NCBI GenBank assembly: GCA_024398935.1
Contig: JAKSIH010000004.1
Location: forward strand, 51,801-83,800
Length of the DNA: 32,000 bases
Source of the DNA: Fibrobacter sp.
GTDB lineage: Bacteria > Fibrobacterota > Fibrobacteria > Fibrobacterales > Fibrobacteraceae
Reading direction: 5' to 3'
Positions within the stretch are counted from its first letter, which is position 1, and each line of letters opens with the position of its first letter. Under the pieces are notes generated by a model. It did not search any database. It was not told where the DNA came from and saw only the letters and a list, made by a program, of their open reading frames with translations. The translations under genes and the position numbers were made by a program. Positions 15,786 to 22,800 of the stretch are shown here, one piece after another.

Positions 15786-17456
15786 ATGCAATGGTTCTTA
15801 GATCTCTTTACTAAATCTTCCGTAGCGCAGCAGGTGGTGGCCCTGTCCATTACGGCTGCTCTCGGCCTCATGGTGGGAAAAATCAAGGTGAAGGGCATTA
15901 GCCTTGGTGGTGCCGGTGCTCTGTTCGTCGGCATCCTTCTAGGGCATCTTGGCCTTCGGGTGGAACCCAATGTACTGCATTTTATGCAGGAATTTGGCCT
16001 GATTCTTTTTGTGTATACCATCGGTATGCAGGTGGGGCCGGGCTTTATTGATTCCATCCGTAGAAACGGCCTTGTGTTGAATGTCCTGGCGGTGAGTGTT
16101 GTGCTTATGGGCGTAATCGTCACTCTCTGCCTTTACTTCTTTACGGATATGCATAACAACGTACCCGTGCTCATTGGGATGCTTTGTGGCGCAGTCACAA
16201 ACACGCCTTCCCTTGGAGCCGCAAATTCAGCCTTTGTCGCGGCTGGGGCAGACACGTCCCTTACGGGTATCGGGTACGCTGTTGCATATCCCTTTGGCGT
16301 TATCGGTATCATTCTGGTGATGATTCTTGTTCGCGTGTTCTTTAGGCAGAACCCTCAAAAGGCTGCCGAAGACTACGCTGCTGAAATCGCTTCCACTCGC
16401 AAGGAAATCGTATCCGTAAGCCTCCTGGTGGAAAACAAGAACTTGTTCGGGATCCCGCTTAAGGAAATTCCTGACTTGGTTTCCAGCGGTGTGGTGATTA
16501 CACGCCTCCTTCGTAATGGCTCTATATCCACCCCCAACGGGAAAACGGTTATTCAGGAAGGGGACAAGGTTCACATCGTGGGTATGCCCGAAGCTGTAGC
16601 CACTATGGAAAAGGTCATCGGTTCCCGTCTGGAAAATCCCATTACCAAGACCGACAGCAAGCTTGCCACCAAGTCCATCTTGGTGACCAACAAGAAAATG
16701 CTGGGCAAGTCCATCGGCGCTCTCGCTTTCCCTGAGCGTTATGGAGTGACTGTAAGCCGTGTGGTCCGTGGTGAATTCAAGTTTACGGGTCGTCTGGACC
16801 TGCGCCTGAAATTTGCCGACAAGCTTTTGGTGGTCGGTCCTGCGGAAGGTATCGAGGCTGTGGCAAAGGAGCTGGGCGACTCCCTCCAGGCTCTGGACCA
16901 TCCGGAAATCATTCCCGCTTTTTTGGGAATCTTCCTGGGAATTATCGTCGGTTCCATTCCGCTGGCAATTCCAGGAATGCCCACCCCGCTAAAGCTTGGC
17001 CTTGCCGGTGGCCCCCTGGTGGTTTCCATCATCCTGTCCCGTAAGCGTAAGATCGGTCCGTTGAACTTCTTCATGGCGGCAAGTGCGAACCTCATGCTTC
17101 GTGAGTTGGGCATCACCCTGTTCCTCACCTGCGTGGGTCTCAATGCCGGCATCAAGTTCTTCGATGTTCTCCTGAACGGTGACGGCTTCTACTACATGGG
17201 ACTTGCCGCTCTCATCACCTTCATCCCTCTCATGGTTGCAGGCATTGTGGGTAGGCTGGTGTTCAAGGTCAATTACCTGAGCCTCTGCGGTGCTATTGCC
17301 GGTTCCATGACCGACCCTCCTGCTCTAGCGTTCGCCAACGGTCTTTCCAACAGCGAGGCCGTGAACGTGGGCTATGCTTCTGTCTATCCCTTGACTATGC
17401 TTCTGCGAATCCTTAGTGGACAGGTGCTTGCGATTTTGCTCTATACGGCGCTCTAA
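15786..17456 (+). CDS. YidE/YbjL/AspT-family (AAE) transporter with two central TrkA-C (RCK_C) domains
   Basis: 556 aa. Two multi-TM halves flank a soluble duplicated region (GIPLKEI...VVITRLLRNG...GDKVHIVG and GKSIGAL...GVTVSRVVRG...DKLLVVG). Confidence 0.88.
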   Translation: MQWFLDLFTKSSVAQQVVALSITAALGLMVGKIKVKGISLGGAGALFVGILLGHLGLRVEPNVLHFMQEFGLILFVYTIGMQVGPGFIDSIRRNGLVLNVLAVSVVLMGVIVTLCLYFFTDMHNNVPVLIGMLCGAVTNTPSLGAANSAFVAAGADTSLTGIGYAVAYPFGVIGIILVMILVRVFFRQNPQKAAEDYAAEIASTRKEIVSVSLLVENKNLFGIPLKEIPDLVSSGVVITRLLRNGSISTPNGKTVIQEGDKVHIVGMPEAVATMEKVIGSRLENPITKTDSKLATKSILVTNKKMLGKSIGALAFPERYGVTVSRVVRGEFKFTGRLDLRLKFADKLLVVGPAEGIEAVAKELGDSLQALDHPEIIPAFLGIFLGIIVGSIPLAIPGMPTPLKLGLAGGPLVVSIILSRKRKIGPLNFFMAASANLMLRELGITLFLTCVGLNAGIKFFDVLLNGDGFYYMGLAALITFIPLMVAGIVGRLVFKVNYLSLCGAIAGSMTDPPALAFANGLSNSEAVNVGYASVYPLTMLLRILSGQVLAILLYTAL

Positions 17457-17482
17457 AGAATCTTGTACTCCAATCTCACTGC

Positions 17483-17516
17483 AAAGTCCCGGTCTCATGG
17501 CCGGGGCTTTCCTTTT
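17483..17516 (+). terminator. Intrinsic terminator after the transporter gene
   Basis: AAAGTCCCGG-(8 nt)-CCGGGGCTTT (10-bp stem, one G-U pair) followed by CCTTTTT. Confidence 0.7.
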
Positions 17517-17569
17517 TATAAATGTCAAACCCGAGCATTCATAAAAATAGAGATGTTCCGGAAAGGATA

Positions 17570-17598
17570 AAAAAAGAACCCCGCTTGTGCGAGGTTCT
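17570..17598 (-). terminator. Intrinsic terminator 3' of tRNA-Val
   Basis: The minus strand reads GAACCTCGC-ACAA-GCGGGGTTC followed by TTTTTT. It lies about 6 nt after the tRNA 3' end. Confidence 0.8.
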
Positions 17599-17605
17599 CT
17601 TTCAG

Positions 17606-17679
<74 letters not shown>

Positions 17680-17747
17680 ATTAAGGTAGCCCAATGATAG
17701 AAATGTTGTGGGACTTTGTCAAGGGTTTTTGAACTTTTTTTGAAAAG

Positions 17748-18299
17748 TTATCGATCGTCTTCGGGAATCCAGTATCTGAGGCGGCCGCTAAGGTGCACCG
17801 GGGGAAGGTTATCCTCGCAATACCCGCTGCGGCAGTCCTTGAAATCCAGTTCCAGATAGGCGGTGTAAAGGGAATCCTTGATGATTTCGTCGAAATGGAT
17901 GTAGCTGCTATCGGCGATGAGGGGCGAAAGGGTTCCGTTCTGCATAAACCAGGTCACGTCTTCCTGCTTTCCGTTGATGTTCGCTCTTGTGACTGGCTTT
18001 AGGTGCCCACCAGTGGAGGGGCGGTTTACCATCAGGGATATCTGGTGCCCCTTCTTGCTTTCTTCCAGACGGGTAACAAGGTAGAAGTAGGAATGGTTGT
18101 TGTTTACGTAAAAGGGCGGCTCCACGTCGTTCTTGTGCAGTTCGATAGTGTGGGACTCCTCGTTGTTGATGGAGTATTTCAGGTAGCCGCCTCCACGAAC
18201 TTCCCAGCTGTCATTGATGCTTCCGCAAGATGCGAGCAGGAGCATGGCGGTGGCGGAGGGGACCGCGACAGTGGCAATTTTTTGAAGACGGGAAAGCAT
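17748..18299 (-). CDS. Hypothetical lipoprotein (183 aa)
   Basis: Signal peptide with lipobox LLLASC. I recognise no family. Confidence 0.72.
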   Translation of the reverse strand: MLSRLQKIATVAVPSATAMLLLASCGSINDSWEVRGGGYLKYSINNEESHTIELHKNDVEPPFYVNNNHSYFYLVTRLEESKKGHQISLMVNRPSTGGHLKPVTRANINGKQEDVTWFMQNGTLSPLIADSSYIHFDEIIKDSLYTAYLELDFKDCRSGYCEDNLPPVHLSGRLRYWIPEDDR

Positions 18300-18338
18300 G
18301 TCCCTAAACTAGAAATTATCTTTAGGGTGGTTTTGAAA

Positions 18339-18983
18339 ATGATTGAAGATTTGGACATCAGACGACTGGATGTGGATACACCTCTGGGCCAGGTTCACCT
18401 GGCGGCCTTTCCTAAAAATCGGGAAGGAGGTCTCTCTCATCGTGAAGTCATTTTTGAAATTCTTTCTGAGTATACAGGGCGGGCTGTTTCCGCTGAAAAC
18501 CTTGTGACTGCAAGGGGGTTACTGGATGGTTCGTCTGATGACGGACGGTCGGGTCCATCTCGTGAACCCACAAGGCCCTGTTTTCCGTCGCTGGACTTTG
18601 ATGTCAACTGGACCCACTCCGGCAGGATGTGCGTTGTGGCTTATGGTGACCGGGGCTCGTTGCTCGGTGGTAAAGGTCTTCACATAGGTGTCGATATGGA
18701 AATCCACTCCCCGCGACACTTGCGTGTGGCGAAGCGCTTCTACAGTCCAGCAGAAAATCTTCATCTGGATTCCCAGGATGACTCCCGCCGCCTTCAGGAA
18801 TTTTTCCGGCTGTGGTGCCGCAAGGAAGCTTTGTTCAAGTGCGTGGGCGGATCCTTCTTCGAAGGCGCAGTCGGGCGGTGCGTGCTGGAAGATACCCTTT
18901 CTCAGAGATCGCTTCAAGTTCATTTCGTGGATGTCCCCTGGATGGACGGTGCATCCCTCTGTGTCGCAGTCTGCCGCGCCTAA
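18339..18983 (+). CDS. 4'-phosphopantetheinyl transferase, Sfp-type
   Basis: The start was moved to MIEDLDIRRL (the in-frame upstream extension overlaps the antisense lipoprotein gene). PPTase motifs GVDMEI and FFRLWCRKEALFKCVG are present. Confidence 0.8.
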   Translation: MIEDLDIRRLDVDTPLGQVHLAAFPKNREGGLSHREVIFEILSEYTGRAVSAENLVTARGLLDGSSDDGRSGPSREPTRPCFPSLDFDVNWTHSGRMCVVAYGDRGSLLGGKGLHIGVDMEIHSPRHLRVAKRFYSPAENLHLDSQDDSRRLQEFFRLWCRKEALFKCVGGSFFEGAVGRCVLEDTLSQRSLQVHFVDVPWMDGASLCVAVCRA

Positions 18984-18999
18984 AAGCGCCTAGCTATAT

Positions 19000-19406
19000 C
19001 GTAGGTTGTTCACCGGATGAACTGCGCGAACGGTCTTCCGTGAACAAAAACGACCGATGTTAATCGGTCGTTGTAGTGATCCCAGCCCACTTAGCGCTTC
19101 AGCGCTTATGTGCTTGGCGAAAAACGCCAAGCCACGTCAGTGGGGCGTGACCCCTTTAGGGGGAGCGAGCGTATCGCGTAGGTTCTTTCCTAGATGTACT
19201 ACGCGAGCGGTCTTCCGTGAGTCAAAAGCCCCTGGTCTTAACCAGGGGTGTTGACGAGAGCGAGCGTACAGTCGTAGGTTCTTTCCTAGATGTACTACGC
19301 GAGCGGTCTTCCGTGAGTCAAAAGCCCCTGGTCTTAACCAGGGGTGTTGACGAGAGCGAGCGTATCGCGTAGGCTCTTTCCTAGATGTACTACGCGAGCG
19401 GTCTTA
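19000..19406 (-). repeat. Tandem ~95-96-nt repeat array (3 near-identical units plus 1 diverged unit) with embedded hairpin/T-run modules
   Basis: Units start at 19163, 19258 and 19354 (+ coordinates), and a diverged module lies at 19000..19050. Hairpins are at 19051..19070, 19229..19248 and 19325..19344. On the minus strand each is followed by a run of 4-5 T. Confidence 0.85.
19051..19163 (-). ncRNA. Candidate structured small RNA ending in an intrinsic terminator (unclassified)
   Basis: Minus-strand fold: a CCCC/GGGG mini-hairpin, then an outer stem GCCCCAC/GTGGGC enclosing GCTTGGCG-TTTTT-CGCCAAGC and AGCGC-TGAA-GCGCT, then CGACCGAT-TAAC-ATCGGTCG followed by TTTTTG. There is no expression evidence. 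Confidence 0.3.
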
Positions 19407-19874
19407 TTAAGCGTTGCCGTCGACAGGTCCCATAGACTGCTCGCCTTCTGCCAGAGGCTGCTGTCCCGGGGGCAGCGGTGCTTCCAGAACGTACAGCGGG
19501 AGGCTGATCAGTTCTTCGTTGTCGACAGACAGACGGATGATATACTTGTCTGCGCGCTGGATGGGCAGGCGCTGGAGGTTCAGGACCAGGTTCACTGCGG
19601 CAGTGTCAAAACCCTGTGCAACCGGTTCCAGAGGAATCTTGGACTGCATGGGCGGCACGATAGGCTTGCCGCAGACGTCTTCGAACACGAGGCTCAAGTC
19701 ATGCTGGCCAGCTTCTGCACGCTGGTAGCGAATGCGGAATGCTGCAGAGCACTGAGGAATTGCCATGGGGAACTTCGGTGCAAAAATGCGGTCAAAAGCT
19801 CCGAGGATATTCAGGCGTCCGCCCATTCCGTTTGCGGTGGCTGCGTCACAGATAGCTGCGATTTCGATATTCAT
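19407..19874 (-). CDS. Small cytoplasmic hypothetical protein (155 aa), translationally coupled to the upstream giant gene
   Basis: Its ATG (19872..19874) shares one base with the TAA stop (19874..19876) of the 1773-aa gene (TAATG). It has no signal peptide or TM segment and a Pro/Gly/Gln-rich C-terminal tail. I cannot assign a family confidently. Confidence 0.72.
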   Translation of the reverse strand: MNIEIAAICDAATANGMGGRLNILGAFDRIFAPKFPMAIPQCSAAFRIRYQRAEAGQHDLSLVFEDVCGKPIVPPMQSKIPLEPVAQGFDTAAVNLVLNLQRLPIQRADKYIIRLSVDNEELISLPLYVLEAPLPPGQQPLAEGEQSMGPVDGNA

Positions 19875-22800
19875 TAATGTATCTCCCAGGTGTCGGCCAC
19901 AAACTTCATGAGCATGGGGCCGTTGTTCTTTGTTGATCCGCCGGCATTTTCACGAGCCAGCATGGATAGGAATACTTTCCCGTCACTGTTGACTGCTAGC
20001 ATCGGATTGGAACCGCGGAGGTAATATCCGTTGTTATTGTAGAAAACTGCACTGAAGTATGGCAACTGGTTTTCTCCGTGGAAGTGCCATTTAGTGCCAT
20101 CTAGCCTAAATACATGAGTTTGTGCCAAATAAGGACGCCCGTTATCGTCAATTGCGGCGTAGATGTTGTCCCCAAAGGCGGCCAGGCTGATGTGATAGGC
20201 GATATAGCCTTCGAAAATGGGCTTGGAGTAGATTCCGTCCTTTTTCCAGGTAAGGTTGGCTCCGGAAATGGCTCCCTTGTAGACATAAGGTCCATAGGTG
20301 TTTACGTCCCTGTTGAGGAATCCCATATATACATTGCTACCGATGGCAGCAAGGCTTACCCCATTGACATTGCTTGCGAAGTTCTTGCTTATGGAGAGCT
20401 GGCTGTAGCTGTTGCTGAACAGGGCGCTGGTCGCCCTATAGTCTGAGGTGGTATCGATTGCAACGACTGCAAGTACTCCGCTGGAGGCGAACTCCGCGGT
20501 GATTTCCCGGAACTTCATGGTCTTTTCGTTTTCTACGAAGGAGATGATGTTTGTGCTGTTCCAGGTGGAACCGCTAAGGGTTGCCAGGTAATTCAGCTTC
20601 TTTGTCTTGTTGATGTAGACTAGGACAGGAGCCTTTGTCGTTGGGTTACAGAGAAGTCTGGGACTGCTTACATCGGCAATGGTTCCGCCGACTGCCGCAA
20701 AATCGGATGTTCCCTTGGTTGACTTGTAGACGCTGAAGGCACTGGTCTTGTCCAGGGCCCCCATATACAAGTCCGTGCCGTCTGTTGCAAGCCTGATTGC
20801 TGTGACGGAATCCGTGGTAATCACTTCGGCAATGTCGCTCCAGGAGCCGTTCTTCAGGGCTACAGCCTTAATGTTGTTCTTGCTGGAGAGGTAGGCGATT
20901 ACAGGAATGTCATTCAGCATGATCATCGCAGGTGCGGTATTCATCGTGGACTGTGCCAGCACTGTATCCTTGGACAGGTTCTCCCAGGCCTTTCTGAAAT
21001 ACACAGTGCGTGATACTTCTTCGGAACGATGACGTGCCAGGAAGCCGTAGGTAGGCTGGGTGGAAACGCTATCGCGATAATCTAGGGAAATGGTCATGGA
21101 ACCTTCTGTCTGGCGACGGATGAATGCCGAGTTGAATTCCGCAGTGCTAGTGTCCAGGGAGCCGTCGGGGTTGCCCTGGTAGAAGCTGCTGGAATTAATG
21201 TTGCTGAATCGCCAGTAGAAGTCCTGGTTGTTCTTGTCGCCCAGCTCTCCAAGTTGGGAATTCATGCCGCCCCATTCCTTGGTGTAGAAGTAGATGGCTT
21301 CGTCATCCACGGCTTCGTCACCGCTCCAGAGGTAAACGGTATCTGCTGCGGTAATTACGCCCTTGGGGTGCTGTTCCAGCAGGCGTACTTCCGTGGTATC
21401 GCTGAAGGTTGCCTTGGTGCTCGCTTCTTCTGCAGAGACGATGCAGTACATATCTACGCCCTTTTCGGAGTAGGAGGAATCCTTGGTGATGGCGAAGGAC
21501 TTGTTATTCTTTTCGTAGCTGTATTTGGGAACGGACTTCTCGAGGGATTTGCCGTCCTTCTTGGAAACGCATTCCCAGGTAAACCAGTTAATGCCCTGCC
21601 ATACATCGTTCACAGTTGCGTTCAGCGAGAATTCGTCGCCAACGTTGATATAGATCAGTTCGTCCTTGACCCAGATTAGCGGCAGTTCTGTCGAGAACTT
21701 CAGGTCCATGGTGTCTGTTGCCATGTTGCCGTCGTTATCGGTTGCGCGGGCGATACAGTAGTAGGTTGCCTCGGGAGCGGGAGCCTTCCATACGGTGTCG
21801 TAGGCGCTGACCGTTTTCCAGTTCTGTGCAATCTGTTCCGGCGTTCCGCAACTCCATTCGCGCTTGACGATTTCACCAGGATCCGAAGTCACGTTGTTCC
21901 TGTCTGTAGCCGTTGCGTTAAGGGTAATGTTGTATCCCTGGCGGATAGTCAGTGTCTTCTTTTCTACGGTAACCGTAGGCGGTGCAAGGATCACTTTTGT
22001 CGTGATGGAATCCTTTGCGGAGTTTCCGTCGTCATCTGTAACGCGGACAATGCAGAGGTAGTTGTCCTGCGGGGTAGAGGGCATGACCAGTTTTGCAAAA
22101 GGCGTAGAAGTGGAAACTGTCGTGAAACCGATGTTGTCTGAACCGGCGGGGCCGCAGCCCCATTCGTACTTCACCAAAGTTCCCAGGGAATCCTTGGCGA
22201 TGGCGCTTACTTCAATGGTATCCTTGATGGTTACGGTCTCGAAAGCGGTAGGAAGCATTGCGGTAACCGTGGGGCGTCCCACCACCACTTTATAGGTGGC
22301 CATATCGGTTGCTTCATTTCCGTCATCGTCCTTTACCATGACCTTGCAGTAGTACTTGTCCGTGGCGGTGGGCGGCATCTTTACCGAAGTTTCCGGTCCG
22401 GGCATTACAGTCCACTCGGGGTTGTCCAGGTCCTTTTGATTGTCATCGCAGGCGATGTTATATTCAGCGATGTAGCCCAGTTCGTCGTGGGCGATAGCCT
22501 TGATGGGAACAACGGAATTGATCTTTACAGTTTCGGATTTAGTTGCCAGTGTAACGGTGGGCTTGTCCAGCAGGGCGATGAACTTCAGTTCGGTGGTGTC
22601 CGCCTCATTGTCGTCGTCGACGGCGGCGAATTTACAGATCCAGTTTTCGGTGTCTGTTCCCGGAAGGATGATTTCAACGCTGTCCGTCACACTCTTGGCT
22701 GCAGGAGAAATGATCTTTTCGGAGCTAAGACTCAGAACATTGTTGTTGTCGCAGCCCCACCTGATTTTCTCGATGTTGCCGAACTTGTCGTTGGCAATGA

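Noticed and set aside
18003-18338. An in-frame upstream extension of the PPTase ORF.
   Set aside because: It overlaps the lipoprotein gene 17748..18299 on the opposite strand. The ATG at 18339 gives a normal-length Sfp-type enzyme.
19196-19225. A sigma70-like TTGACT-N18-TAGTAC sequence on the minus strand, right after each terminator hairpin.
   Set aside because: The -10-like hexamer is poor, and both hexamers are altered in the diverged copy (TTGTTC / CAGTTC). I cannot support a promoter call.
19017-19316. A conserved 8-codon plus-strand micro-ORF in the repeat units (ATG..TGA at 19017..19043, 19194..19220 and 19290..19316, encoding MNCANGLP or MYYASGLP).
   Set aside because: There is no ribosome-binding sequence. 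The hairpin/T-run polarity points to minus-strand transcription, and the conservation is explained by the DNA repeat itself. It is worth rechecking only if ribosome profiling exists.
18984-19406. The possibility that the tandem repeats are a CRISPR array.
   Set aside because: The units are contiguous ~95-nt repeats with no unique spacers of regular length between short repeats. No cas genes are nearby.
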